Of a stretch of DNA of 64,000 nucleotides, positions 1 to 9,765 are shown one piece after another. The notes below the pieces were generated by a model that did not search any database, was not told the DNA's origin, and worked only from the letters and a program-made list of their open reading frames with translations. A program made the position numbers and the translations under genes. Origin of the DNA: Candidatus Kerfeldbacteria bacterium (GTDB lineage Bacteria; Patescibacteriota; Patescibacteriia; SBBC01; CAIJZX01); NCBI GenBank assembly GCA_016193315.1, contig JACPSJ010000001.1:599478-663477 (forward strand). The letters are read 5' to 3'. Each line of letters begins with the position of its first letter. Within the stretch, counting starts at the first letter, position 1.

Positions 1-145
1 GACTGACTCTAGATACGGATCCAGCTCATCCGCCCCATGGATCACGTGGGACCACAGCGGATGGAGAGACCCCCTGGTCACGTTGGTAACGTGGCCAAGC
101 TGAGTTTTGTCCATGGGGAACCTCCCGGTACTTCGTTCCGGATGC

Positions 146-895
146 CTACCGGCGTGTGATGGTGGAAGTGATAGCCAAGGTGTCGCTGTTGTACCGTTCG
201 GCGGAGATCGCTTGGCCGCTCGGTTGGTAGATCTTCAGCGACGGGCGGTCGAGGGCGATGATGGTTGCCAACGTGCCGGACCCGCACGAGCTTTCGTAGA
301 AGAACGAATCGATCTCTCGCACCCAGACGACCGGGTGGATAGCCACCGCCGGGTCGCGGAATTCGACCCAGATCATGCCGACTGCGGCCCGATCTTGAAG
401 CGCCAGCGCCTGGACGGCCTGGCCGTGGAGATGCTGATAGTAGGCCTTGTCGTTTCGGAACGGGACCGTCGGCGGCAGCACGACGTGCACAATCCCACCG
501 AGATCGACCAGTGTGGCCTCGATCTGCTGGAACTTGACCGGTCGCCGTTGGTACCGGTATCGCGGAAACTCACCGCGCACGAGGTTGCCGTTGACGACAT
601 AACGCACCGTGCCATCGTAGCCAGAGATCGTAAACGTCCCCTCGTTCCGACCCGTCTGTTCGCTGATCAGGAGGGCGGCCACGCGCGCGGCGTTGCCGCA
701 GAACTCACCGCCGCTCATCTGGAGGTGGGTCGTACCTTCGAGAAAACCGAACTGTTCGATCGTCGGGTCCGCCGCCATATGCCGCTTGGCTTCTTCGCCA
801 TAGCGACCGCGATGTCGATCATCCGGGTAGCAAATAACGCCGGTCGGATTGCCACCGGCAGCCAGCACGACTTGAAGCTGCTGTTCGCCAATCAT
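146..895 (-). CDS. DapF-like PLP-independent epimerase (diaminopimelate epimerase family)
   Basis: Two Cys motifs resembling DapF active sites: 'FCGNAARVAALL' and 'ESSCGSGTLATIIAL'; 'AAGGNPTGV' near the N-terminus. ORF runs to 994 but the ATG at 895 is preceded by a GAGAGG-like SD, and the upstream 33 aa look non-native. The ORF on the opposite strand (107..964) is R-rich shadow. Confidence 0.6.
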   Translation of the reverse strand: MIGEQQLQVVLAAGGNPTGVICYPDDRHRGRYGEEAKRHMAADPTIEQFGFLEGTTHLQMSGGEFCGNAARVAALLISEQTGRNEGTFTISGYDGTVRYVVNGNLVRGEFPRYRYQRRPVKFQQIEATLVDLGGIVHVVLPPTVPFRNDKAYYQHLHGQAVQALALQDRAAVGMIWVEFRDPAVAIHPVVWVREIDSFFYESSCGSGTLATIIALDRPSLKIYQPSGQAISAERYNSDTLAITSTITRR

Positions 896-1009
896 GACGT
901 CCTCTCGTTGGTTGCTCAGGAGGCTCCTGAGGTATGTTTGGAATTCAAGGTACTCCTTAAGTAGGGTTAGAGCAACACTAACAAAACTGGGCAAGACGTC
1001 AAGCTAGCC

Positions 1010-1771
1010 TTGTGGATTTGCCTTTTTTTCGCTAAGGTGTGCTCACCGGCGGCAGCTCCCCGTATGACCCAAGATCGCGACTATAAAAACAATATCCTGC
1101 ACTTGCGCGACACCTCAAAGGTGCCAACGCAGGAGAACGGTGAATCGATGGTCCGGCTCCCGGCAGACATTCTCCGCCTGCAGTATGCGAAAACCGACAT
1201 GGTCCCCTTGTTAGGACATGACATGTTTGTCCGTCGACGCGTGGCGGAGAAGTTGATCGCTATCCAGCGGAGACTTGAGGCGCAAGATTCTCCTTACCAG
1301 CTCCACATCGTTTATGCCTACCGGGCTCCGGCAGTCCAAGCCAGATATTTCCAACGCGCGCTAAACCAGGTCCAGTCAGCCAATCAATCGCTGCCCCTGG
1401 AGGAGCAAATTGAACTGGCCCACAGCATGGCCGCCCACCCCAAGGTAGCAGGCCATCCTACCGGCGGGGCAGTTGACATCACGCTCTGGAATCGCGGCCC
1501 GCAGCTGCCCGTCGACATGGGATCGGATATTGCAGAATATGGCGACCCGGCCTATACATATTACCCGCATTTGACGAATGAGCGTCAAAAGCACCGTCAG
1601 TATTTGCAGGACCTGATGGTGGCTGAGCAGTTTGCTCCCTTCCTCGGAGAATGGTGGCACTTCAGCTACGGCGACAAAGAATGGGCTGCTTACTATCGCC
1701 AGCCAGCGGCCAGGTACGGACCTTTAGAGCTTGAGCGGGTCAAGCAATTCGTTCGGGTGTCCAGGTCCTAA
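1010..1771 (+). CDS. D-alanyl-D-alanine dipeptidase, VanX/DdpX (M15D) family
   Basis: Motifs 'HPTGGAVDITLW' (His/Asp zinc ligands) and 'EWWHFSYGD'. The ORF-track start at 1010 is TTG; the first ATG (MTQDRDYK...) is at 1064, so the true start is probably there. Confidence 0.75.
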   Translation: MWICLFFAKVCSPAAAPRMTQDRDYKNNILHLRDTSKVPTQENGESMVRLPADILRLQYAKTDMVPLLGHDMFVRRRVAEKLIAIQRRLEAQDSPYQLHIVYAYRAPAVQARYFQRALNQVQSANQSLPLEEQIELAHSMAAHPKVAGHPTGGAVDITLWNRGPQLPVDMGSDIAEYGDPAYTYYPHLTNERQKHRQYLQDLMVAEQFAPFLGEWWHFSYGDKEWAAYYRQPAARYGPLELERVKQFVRVSRS

Positions 1772-1777
1772 CTCGGT

Positions 1778-3352
1778 CTAACGCATCGGCCCGGTCGCCG
1801 ATACGACTGTCTCAGTTAGGGCTCCCGATCGCACGACCGCCACCGCCTGTTCCAGGTCGGGATACAAAACCCGGTCCCGCTCAAGCATTGACACGTGTCG
1901 CCGCAACAGCTCGTACGCGGCCCTAGTCCCCCGACCGAGCTTCTTACTGCCGCGCAGGTCGACGGCCTGGGCGGCCGTCAGCCACTCGATGGCCAAGACC
2001 TGTTCCACATTGCTGATAATATCGCGACACTTGCGTACCGCGATCGCCCCCATGCTGACGTGGTCTTCCTGATTGGCTGAAGTTGGAATCGAGTCGACGC
2101 TGGCCGGATGGGTCAAGATTTTGTTCTCCGAGACCAGGGCCGCGGCGGTGTACTGAGTAATCATGAAGCCATTGGACAACCCGGCCTGTGTCGGCGGGAT
2201 CAGAAAGGCGGGCAGACCTTCGTTTGTCGCCGGATCAACCAGCTTGGCGATCCGCCGTTCGCTGATATCGGCGAGTTCGGCCATGGCGATGCCGAGGTAG
2301 TCCGCGGTCAACGCCAACGGTTCGCCATGGAAGTTCCCGCCCGACAAGACCCGCTCCCGGTCGGCGAAAATAAGCGGATTATCCGTCGCCGCATTCAATT
2401 CGCGCTGGAGCACATCGGCCGCGTGCGTAACCGCGTCGCGGATCGCGCCGTGGACTTGCGGCAGGCAGCGCAGCGTGTACGAATCCTGAATTCGTGGCCA
2501 GTCTGGGTCGCGAGCTACTTCCTCGCTTCCCTCGGTCAACCGGCGGATGTTCTCGGCACTGACGGCATGGCCGGGGTGGGGCCGGAGGTTCGCAAACTCC
2601 TCGCGAGCGGCCACGACTGAGCCCTGCATCGCTTCCATGGTCAGTGCGCCGATGATGTCGGCCACCCACAACAGCTGGCGCGCACGATCAAGATTCAGGC
2701 TTTGGACGGCGGACATAAAGGCGGTGCCATTCGTCAAGGCCAGCCCTTCTTTGGCTTCCAATTGAACAGCGGTGGTGCCAGACGATTGCATGACAGCTTT
2801 GGCCGACTGACGTTGGCCATCAACAACCACCTCTCCCTCGCCCATCATGACGAGCGCCACGTGTGCCAGCGGCGCGAGATCGCCGCTCGCGCCAACGGAG
2901 CCCTGCTCCGGGACGAACGGGTGGACACCGTGATTGAGCATCCGGAGCAAGGTCTCAATCACCAGCGGCCGGACCCCGGAATACCCTTTGGCTAAGGAGT
3001 TAGCCCGGATCAGCATCATCGCCCGCACTTCCGGCACGGACAGCGCCGGGCCGACGCCGACCGCATGGCTACGGATGAGGTTGGCCTGCAGTTCCTTGAC
3101 GTGATCCGGCTCGATCCTCACCTTCTTAAAGTTCCCAAAACCAGTGGTCACGCCGTATACGACCCGTCGTTCGGCGATCAAGCGCTCAACAAAAGCACGC
3201 GCCGCCTTAACGGCGGCGACGGAATGTTCTGCCAGTTGGACTTTCGCATGGTGTCGGGATACCTCAATCACCTCGGCCAGCTGGAGCGATGAGCCATCAA
3301 TTGTGATTGCCGGTTGCGGTTTCATCAGCGGTTTGAATGATATCTCCGCCAT
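1778..3352 (-). CDS. hutH: Histidine ammonia-lyase (aromatic amino acid ammonia-lyase family)
   Basis: 524 aa with the MIO-forming 'GSVGASGDLAPLAHVA' Ala-Ser-Gly motif and similarity to HAL/PAL throughout. An alternative start lies at M10 (3325). Confidence 0.85.
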   Translation of the reverse strand: MAEISFKPLMKPQPAITIDGSSLQLAEVIEVSRHHAKVQLAEHSVAAVKAARAFVERLIAERRVVYGVTTGFGNFKKVRIEPDHVKELQANLIRSHAVGVGPALSVPEVRAMMLIRANSLAKGYSGVRPLVIETLLRMLNHGVHPFVPEQGSVGASGDLAPLAHVALVMMGEGEVVVDGQRQSAKAVMQSSGTTAVQLEAKEGLALTNGTAFMSAVQSLNLDRARQLLWVADIIGALTMEAMQGSVVAAREEFANLRPHPGHAVSAENIRRLTEGSEEVARDPDWPRIQDSYTLRCLPQVHGAIRDAVTHAADVLQRELNAATDNPLIFADRERVLSGGNFHGEPLALTADYLGIAMAELADISERRIAKLVDPATNEGLPAFLIPPTQAGLSNGFMITQYTAAALVSENKILTHPASVDSIPTSANQEDHVSMGAIAVRKCRDIISNVEQVLAIEWLTAAQAVDLRGSKKLGRGTRAAYELLRRHVSMLERDRVLYPDLEQAVAVVRSGALTETVVSATGPMR

Positions 3353-3466
3353 CGGCGCCCGTCAACGTCGCGCCATGAGAGGTTTGCTGCCGGCTGGCCG
3401 GCATTAATCTGGTTGTGAGCTTGATGCCCCTTGTCTCTAACGGGGCGGCGGGCTCAGAAAAGAAAA

Positions 3467-6319
3467 CTACACTCGTTTCGTTGACCCCACATGCGCCGCC
3501 GCCTCCCGACCGGAGGGCTGGAGCGTTTCGGTCGGCACGGTCAGCGGCAAGGTGAACTGAAACGTACTCCCCTTCCCCTCGCCCTCGGACTCAGCCCAGA
3601 TCCGACCGCCATGGGAGTCGATGATCGATTTGGCGATGAACAGCCCGAGGCCGGATCCGTCGGGCTGGATTTGGGCGATGCCGCTGCCGCGGACAAATTT
3701 GTTGAACAGTTCCGGCGCATCTTGCTTGCGGATGCCGATGCCGGTGTCCTTGACCGAGAAGCGGATCGTGCCGTCGGATACTTCCGCCCCAACGCTGATA
3801 CTCCCCTTCTCCGTATACTTGATGGCATTGTCGATCAGGTTGAGAATGACGTCTTGGAGCTTGTCGGCGTCAGCAAATACTTGCGGTAGTTTCGTTTTTG
3901 GCAGCTTGGTGATGATCTTCAAACCTTTGTCCACGGCGACCTTGCGAACCTCATCGATTTCTTTGGTAATCAAATCTTCCAGCTGCACCGGTGCTTTCTG
4001 ATAGGTAAACTTACCAGCTTCGATCTTGGAGACGTTGAGGAACTGGTTGATCAGCCGGATCATCCGGTCGGATTCAGACAGGAGATTCTGCAAAATGTCG
4101 ATGTGTTTCGGTTCCATCTTCCCGAAATCCCCCTGCGTCATCATCGACAAGTAGCCTTTGATGCCGGTCATCGGCGTTCGCAGCTGGTGCGAGGCGATCG
4201 AGACGAATTCGGATTTGGCCCGGTCGAGTTCCTTGAGGTGCTCGTTCGCTACTTCGAGTTGTTCGTTCGTTCGGCGAAGCTGGTCGAACAGCTTCAGGTT
4301 GCGGGCCACAACGCCAAGTTCGTCAGCCACCGACTGCATGGTCCCGAGTTCCTGCGGCGTAATCGCTTCTTTCGGTTTTTTCGTCCCGACCTCGATGACG
4401 CCGATGACGTTCCCTTCAGACACCACCGGCACCACGGCTAACGACTTGATGCCGACCACTTTTTGAATGGTGGCGGCCAGAATCTTCGGCAGCGGCGGGC
4501 AGACGATGTCGCTGACTTTCTCGGTCAGCTTGATCTGGCCGGTGCGGAGCACCTCGGCCTCCAGGTTCGTGTACTTCGGGTCGCTGAGGTCTGAGGTGTA
4601 TTCGGAGAAATGTTTCGGCAGGAGCCGCAGCGCCCGGCGGGTCAGGGTCGTTTCGGTGATGGCCCGGGCCCGGGTGGTGCGACCATCGTCATCGATAAAG
4701 ACGAGAATGGCGCCGAGGTAACCGAGCTCGGTGGCCACGGAATCGGCGATCTGCTGAACAACTTTGTTGAAGTCGAGCGTCCGGGTGATCTCCTTCGTCA
4801 AGTGCTGCAGGGTTTCGAGCGACACGTTTCGCTGACGGAGCTCGCCGGTAGCTTGCTCAACCTTAACTTTCAAGCTTTCGCTGAACTGCCTGACTTCCTC
4901 GAACAGATTGGCTTTTTGGATGGACGAACCGATCTGCGGCGACAGCACTTCGAGCAGTTGAAGATCATCGTTCGAAAAGCTGTCGCCGGAGAGTTTTTGG
5001 CCCAAGGTTAAAATAGCAATCAGCTTGCCCTGGGCGAAAATGGGGGCTACGAGTGCTGCGCCCATTCGTTCAAACTCTTCCTTTGACGCTACCAGCGGCT
5101 GGCGCTTATCTTCTGACGTGTCTTCGATCTTCCGCTCAAGAGATTCGATGAGCGACAGGTGTTCGTGCGCCCGGAGGAATTTGATCAGCGGGCTGTCGGC
5201 GCGAACGCTGAGGTTCGGGTTGTCCCGCAGCCGGTCGAAGAGGGCATCGAATTTCTCCGGGCCGTGATCGTTGCCGCGGCGGAGGAGGATGGCGGCCGCT
5301 TTGAGTTTCAAATCTTGCTGCAAGGTGGTTTCGAGTTTGGAAATGAGGACGGTCAAGTTAAGTTCAACGCTCAGGATTTCGGACAACGACCGCAGCACGG
5401 CTTGGTAGTTGACTTTGGCCTTGAAGAAGACTTTGTCCGTCACCCGCGACAGCCAGACTTTGAAAGGGTCGAGGCCGAAAACGATCAGGATGGCAACCAG
5501 GAAAGCGATGGTGTTGCGGCTGGCCGGAGTAGCGCCGAAGAATTGGGCCGAGGCGAACAGCACGAAAATGAATAGCAGGGCCACCAGAGTAACGAGAACA
5601 CCATATACCAGTGATCTTGTGACTATTAGTCTAATATCAAGAAGCCTGTGACGAACAATCGCGTACCCCGTAAGAGCCAAGAAGACCAAAACAGAATCTG
5701 AACCTACAGCGCTAAGTTCCTGTATCCCAATTGCGGGTAGCAAGATATTTGTGATTACAGAAATCGAAGCTGATATTGCGAGACCTAACAACAAATATCT
5801 TACCTGTAATTTGCTTATGCCTTTCGTTCGCCGATGAGTTTGGAAGATTCTGAAGAAGAACGTTACAAAGTAACCAATCAAGTACAGGGCGAATATCGGA
5901 TAGGCTCTTCCGTAGATGAACTCGGTGATGTCGGGCTGGAGACGCACTTCTCTCACGAGTAGTTGGGATGGTATGACAAACAGAAATAGTAGGGTTGGAA
6001 AATATAATGCGGCTATCCTCTTCCTCCCCAATCTAGTCCCCCACGGGAAGATCAACCCGAAATGCAGGAGCAGGGCTGGCATGATGATCGGACCGACAAA
6101 TACAATCTTACTGAGAATGAGTGCTGATGATGGACTTGTTGCACGGTCAACCAAGAAAGTCGAGCCGATCCAAAATCCCATGAATAGGGTGAGGAGTCCG
6201 AAGACAACTCCTTCTTCCGATTTGCGCCGCTGGATTAGAACATAGGCGCCAATAATAAGACACGCCACAACGGCGACCGCGGATAATAAGGAGATGGCGG
6301 AAAGTTCTAACTTGACCAA
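3467..6319 (-). CDS. Multi-TM (about 9 TM) - GAF - GAF sensor histidine kinase
   Basis: The N-terminal ~330 aa are strongly hydrophobic (7TM module plus 2 more TM). Two GAF-like regions follow, then H-box 'SHQLRTPMTGIKGYL', N-box 'NLIDNAIKYT', G1 'DTGIGI' and G2 'GSGLGL'. Its start overlaps the upstream ThiF-like gene by 13 nt. No cognate response regulator is in the window. Confidence 0.85.
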   Translation of the reverse strand: MVKLELSAISLLSAVAVVACLIIGAYVLIQRRKSEEGVVFGLLTLFMGFWIGSTFLVDRATSPSSALILSKIVFVGPIIMPALLLHFGLIFPWGTRLGRKRIAALYFPTLLFLFVIPSQLLVREVRLQPDITEFIYGRAYPIFALYLIGYFVTFFFRIFQTHRRTKGISKLQVRYLLLGLAISASISVITNILLPAIGIQELSAVGSDSVLVFLALTGYAIVRHRLLDIRLIVTRSLVYGVLVTLVALLFIFVLFASAQFFGATPASRNTIAFLVAILIVFGLDPFKVWLSRVTDKVFFKAKVNYQAVLRSLSEILSVELNLTVLISKLETTLQQDLKLKAAAILLRRGNDHGPEKFDALFDRLRDNPNLSVRADSPLIKFLRAHEHLSLIESLERKIEDTSEDKRQPLVASKEEFERMGAALVAPIFAQGKLIAILTLGQKLSGDSFSNDDLQLLEVLSPQIGSSIQKANLFEEVRQFSESLKVKVEQATGELRQRNVSLETLQHLTKEITRTLDFNKVVQQIADSVATELGYLGAILVFIDDDGRTTRARAITETTLTRRALRLLPKHFSEYTSDLSDPKYTNLEAEVLRTGQIKLTEKVSDIVCPPLPKILAATIQKVVGIKSLAVVPVVSEGNVIGVIEVGTKKPKEAITPQELGTMQSVADELGVVARNLKLFDQLRRTNEQLEVANEHLKELDRAKSEFVSIASHQLRTPMTGIKGYLSMMTQGDFGKMEPKHIDILQNLLSESDRMIRLINQFLNVSKIEAGKFTYQKAPVQLEDLITKEIDEVRKVAVDKGLKIITKLPKTKLPQVFADADKLQDVILNLIDNAIKYTEKGSISVGAEVSDGTIRFSVKDTGIGIRKQDAPELFNKFVRGSGIAQIQPDGSGLGLFIAKSIIDSHGGRIWAESEGEGKGSTFQFTLPLTVPTETLQPSGREAAAHVGSTKRV

Positions 6320-7062
6320 ACTGCCTCCAGATCTACAGCTAGGTTTCTGGGGAACATTGGCAATCGATTGCCGGAGACCGCCCTTAACAGGACGAAGACT
6401 GCTAGGGCAGCAGTCAGTTCAGCTGCAATCCCAACCTGAGGTGTGTGTATCAACTTGCTCGTTCCCATTTGCTTAAATATTTTTGCGAAGTATTTAGGCA
6501 ATTTGTAGCGGCCACGCGTTTTGGACAGCAGAAGCCGAAAACCATGGATCTCGTCCGGAGATTCATGTTCCTTACGGAACATGCGGACATTGTTTTCATC
6601 AAAGACAGTTACGACGGATCCAAAACCAACATTAAGCGGGACGACTGCAATTTTCTTTCTTTCGGAGACAATCTCAAGAACTTCGAAAAACCCTCTAGAA
6701 AAATCGGCAGTATTGATAATTACGTTCGCCGCGCCCGCCACTCTTAGAATCTCACTTTTCATGGAAACGTATCTTCTAAAAACCTTGACTTGAGCCTGCG
6801 GGTTAATTGCCTTAATACGTCTTTTCAGTGAGCTGACCTTGGGCTTACCTAAGTCCCTGTGGTCAAACTCCTGCCTATTGAGATTACTTTTTTCCACCAT
6901 ATCACCGTCCACCAACACAAAATGTCGAAATCCAGTTCGTGCCGCCAGTACTGCGATGTTGCCACCCAACCCGCAACCCACAAAACAAAGCTTGAACTTT
7001 CCGAGCTTTTCCCCAAGACTCCTGCCAATAATCGGGATGTTTCGCAAAAAAAGGTGGTTCAT
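6307..7062 (-). CDS. ThiF/MoeB/HesA-family E1-like adenylyltransferase
   Basis: Rossmann 'FVGCGLGGNIAVLAA' and 'VLVDGDMVEKSNLNRQ' are hallmarks of ThiF-type adenylating enzymes. It lacks the C-terminal Cys/rhodanese extensions. It abuts the GNAT gene with a 0-nt gap. Confidence 0.7.
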   Translation of the reverse strand: MNHLFLRNIPIIGRSLGEKLGKFKLCFVGCGLGGNIAVLAARTGFRHFVLVDGDMVEKSNLNRQEFDHRDLGKPKVSSLKRRIKAINPQAQVKVFRRYVSMKSEILRVAGAANVIINTADFSRGFFEVLEIVSERKKIAVVPLNVGFGSVVTVFDENNVRMFRKEHESPDEIHGFRLLLSKTRGRYKLPKYFAKIFKQMGTSKLIHTPQVGIAAELTAALAVFVLLRAVSGNRLPMFPRNLAVDLEAVWSS

Positions 7063-7764
7063 CTAGTGAGGCGCATACTTATAGTCTTTGCCGTGTGCAT
7101 GCATTGAACCGTTTGAGAGGAACTTCAGCAATGATGCATTCCTTTCAACCATTTGTTCTTCCAACTCATTTACATGAATTAGGTACGGAGCCGTGATGCC
7201 CTGGTAGATCTTTGGCTTTCCAATTCTCTTAAATGGAATTCCGAGCTCTTCCAAATTGGGCGTCAAACGATCATCAAGCACGCAAAACACGTCGTTGATC
7301 GCCTGCTCCTTCACCAGGAGATAAATACCTTTTATCAGAACTAGTAAAAGATGCCTCCTGCGGTAGTTTCTCGCTACTATGAGTCTCGAGATTTCCGCTA
7401 CCGACGTGTCTCTAGGGATCTTGTAGTCTAAATCGAAATTGTTACTTATGGGTAGTCCGATCTCTGAACCAATAATTAACCTAGCAGTTGCTCCAAGAAC
7501 CCCGGACTTATGCCTGACAACCAAGTGGAAAGAATGGTTGTCGTACTGATCCTTTTCACGCTTGTCAGGATTTTTTTTTGCGTCTAGATAATGATACTCT
7601 TCACAGTAAACTTTGTATCTTATTCGATGTAACTCATCCAACTCCTCTACGTCTGAGGTTGTGTAAAAGGAAAAACTCTTGTAGACGCTGCGCTCCGCCA
7701 AGGCTAATTTTATCCTTCCAAGAAAGGGGGTTCGGATTAATGCTTCTAAAAAAAATGAAGGCAT
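7063..7764 (-). CDS. LuxI/FeeM-like GNAT-fold N-acyltransferase (N-acyl amino acid synthase / autoinducer synthase-like)
   Basis: 'LHRIRYKVYCEEYHYLD...DQYDNHSFHLVV' matches the R-x3-VF-x-EE-LGW...D-x-FD core shared by LuxI and FeeM/PEP-CTERM-associated N-acyl amino acid synthases. 'EISRLIVARNYRRRH' matches the conserved (S/T)RL-arginine region. Confidence 0.55.
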   Translation of the reverse strand: MPSFFLEALIRTPFLGRIKLALAERSVYKSFSFYTTSDVEELDELHRIRYKVYCEEYHYLDAKKNPDKREKDQYDNHSFHLVVRHKSGVLGATARLIIGSEIGLPISNNFDLDYKIPRDTSVAEISRLIVARNYRRRHLLLVLIKGIYLLVKEQAINDVFCVLDDRLTPNLEELGIPFKRIGKPKIYQGITAPYLIHVNELEEQMVERNASLLKFLSNGSMHAHGKDYKYAPH

Positions 7765-7766
7765 TT

Positions 7767-8444
7767 CTACTTCTTCAGGATGATGTAGGTTGTACTACCA
7801 ACCCAGAAGACTGAAAAAACGACGGAAATTAGTGGGTTCACACTAATTTCGTAAAAGACCGCCCACAGATTGAGACTTATCGCCGGGAGGCCGCCTAAGA
7901 CAACTCCCAACAAGAAAATTCGGGCGTTATTCTTCTGGAATCCACCAACAACTCTTTGTTTGTAAAACAACAATACTACGCTTGCGAAATAAAATGCTGA
8001 AACCACAAGTTGGTAGACCCCGAACATCGGGCCGGGTATCGGCCACCCGGCGATATTCGAGTTGACATTGTAGCCGCTGAAAATAGTTGATGTGAAAATA
8101 GCAACCAGGCTCAGAATGAAGGCCGGAAAATAAAGGAGTACTGCGTGTAGCTTGTCAAAAGTGAACGTTTTGTACGGGAAAAGAATAGCGAGGTGAACTA
8201 AACTTGTAACAATCACTGCTCCTGAAACAAACAAAACTTTAAGGAAGAGAGTAACCGTCGCGCTTGGGTCAACATAAGACGTGAGGCCGTTGAGAATTGC
8301 CCATGCGGCTGTACTAAACGCCAACAACGCCATCACTTTCCGAATCTCCTGTTTTTGGTGAGTGACCCAAAAGAACACCGCAAGGGCTAATTCCCCCGTG
8401 CCAACGAGGTAGGTAAGACCCAAGAGAATATTTTTCCCAATCAT
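7767..8444 (-). CDS. Stand-alone 7TM membrane module, paralog of the kinase N-terminal sensor (copy 1)
   Basis: Seven predicted TM helices and no soluble domain. It shares motifs with the HK N-terminus: 'HLAILFPYK' vs 'HFGLIFPWG', 'LLYFPAFIL' vs 'ALYFPTLLF', 'ARIFLLGVVLGG' vs 'VRYLLLGLAISA'. It ends '...TYIILKK', where the HK continues 'YAIVRHRLLD'. The ATG at 8444 makes an ATGA overlap with the copy-2 stop; the ORF extends to 8462. Confidence 0.7.
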   Translation of the reverse strand: MIGKNILLGLTYLVGTGELALAVFFWVTHQKQEIRKVMALLAFSTAAWAILNGLTSYVDPSATVTLFLKVLFVSGAVIVTSLVHLAILFPYKTFTFDKLHAVLLYFPAFILSLVAIFTSTIFSGYNVNSNIAGWPIPGPMFGVYQLVVSAFYFASVVLLFYKQRVVGGFQKNNARIFLLGVVLGGLPAISLNLWAVFYEISVNPLISVVFSVFWVGSTTYIILKK

Positions 8445-9112
8445 GGTTGTATAATGATCCATGTTACTAGCCCTAACCAGACTCCGCTCAGTACAGGAGC
8501 AATCAGGGTCGCATAACTAACTTGGAAACCAAAATTAAAAACACTGAAAATCAAACCGGGAACGCCAGGAATCAGGATTGCGCTAAGAAGTTTTTTTAAA
8601 TGACGGTGGTGCACCCCATCGCTACGTCGGATTTTTTGAATTAATAAACCGACCGAGGTAAGAAGGGCCAGCGTAAAGAAAATGATGTACAAGGAATACA
8701 AATCACCAGGAATAATCTGTCCCGTCGTATCAGGGGTAAGTTTGTACCCTTGGATAAAATCATCAGAGATGAAAAAGCTATAACTTAGCATGGCCGCGGG
8801 CAGGTAGAGAAGTATGCGGTGAAATCCGTCGAGGCGAATGGTGGGAAATGGAAAAAGTATGACAACATGCACCAGGGCAGTGATAAGAAAAAAGCTCGCA
8901 ATAAAAACCCAGGGTAACAGCAGGTCAACTAAATGGGAAGGTTCGCGGTAGGATGTAAGAGCATTCAATACGACCCATGCGCCAATGAAGAATGCAAGAA
9001 ATGCCATCACCTTCCTAATCTCCTGTTTTTGGTGAGTGACCCAAAAGAAAACTGCAAGGATTAACTCCCCTATCCCAACAAGGTACGTTGCTGTTAGCAG
9101 GATCGTTTTCAT
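8441..9112 (-). CDS. Stand-alone 7TM membrane module (copy 2)
   Basis: The N-terminal 60 aa are nearly identical to copy 1, including an 18-aa identical run 'AVFFWVTHQKQEIRKVMA'. It has 7 TM and the FP motif 'ILFPFP'. There are ATGA overlaps at both ends; the ORF extends to 9148. Confidence 0.7.
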   Translation of the reverse strand: MKTILLTATYLVGIGELILAVFFWVTHQKQEIRKVMAFLAFFIGAWVVLNALTSYREPSHLVDLLLPWVFIASFFLITALVHVVILFPFPTIRLDGFHRILLYLPAAMLSYSFFISDDFIQGYKLTPDTTGQIIPGDLYSLYIIFFTLALLTSVGLLIQKIRRSDGVHHRHLKKLLSAILIPGVPGLIFSVFNFGFQVSYATLIAPVLSGVWLGLVTWIIIQP

Positions 9113-9765
9113 TTCTTCAAAATAATGTAGCTCGTGAAGCCAAGCCAAATGGCCGAAAACAGAGAGCCGACATAGCCGATTTTACTGATGGCGACCAGGG
9201 GGTAAATGATGTCAAAAACAACCGACACGAGGAGGGACAGTCCGATACCGACTAAAATCATTTTTAGCATCCAGCGATGTTGCCCATCGCTTTTTGTAAA
9301 ACGGTAGACCAAGTTAGCAAGGGCCCAAATCCAGTAAGCAAAGAAAAAAATGAGCATGAACCAGAAATATGGGCCCGGCGAAGTCTGGTATCCTTTGATA
9401 TAGTCAATGACTCCGTTACCGCTCAAAAAAATACTAGTCCAGAAGATACCCGGGACAAAAACTGCTAACGGCCAAATAACATAAGGCAGGATTTCATTAA
9501 CCTTCTTTCTTGGTAATGGGAAGGTCCAACTGAACGGTAAAATGAAAATAGCGGTCATCAGGCCACCGAGCCAACCCATGCGCTCAGCGATGTAAAAGTT
9601 ATTTTGCATGTATCCCAAACCGTTAGAGGCAACGTAAAAGGAAATACCTAACGCAAACAACCCATACCACATGGTCGCCTGACTGCGTTGATAGCTAAAA
9701 ATCAGGTACAAGCCGAGGATGAATTCGGCCAAAGCGATAAGGAGAAGAATTATTCCAATGATCAT
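9109..9765 (-). CDS. Stand-alone 7TM membrane module (copy 3)
   Basis: 7 TM with 'FSWTFPLP' and 'WMLKMILVGIGLSL', ending '...TSYIILKK'. Its start overlaps the copy-4 stop in an ATGA. Confidence 0.7.
   Translation of the reverse strand: MIIGIILLLIALAEFILGLYLIFSYQRSQATMWYGLFALGISFYVASNGLGYMQNNFYIAERMGWLGGLMTAIFILPFSWTFPLPRKKVNEILPYVIWPLAVFVPGIFWTSIFLSGNGVIDYIKGYQTSPGPYFWFMLIFFFAYWIWALANLVYRFTKSDGQHRWMLKMILVGIGLSLLVSVVFDIIYPLVAISKIGYVGSLFSAIWLGFTSYIILKK

Noticed and set aside
107-964. 285-aa plus-strand ORF overlapping the dapF-like gene
   Set aside because: Arg/Asp-rich, low-complexity composition typical of the antisense frame of a high-GC gene. The minus-strand ORF carries clear DapF-like motifs.
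3491-5651. Several 80-140-aa ORFs in alternative frames inside the histidine kinase gene
   Set aside because: They are embedded in a 950-aa ORF with complete HK motifs. Their composition is R/P/G-rich and consistent with off-frame translation of GC-rich DNA.
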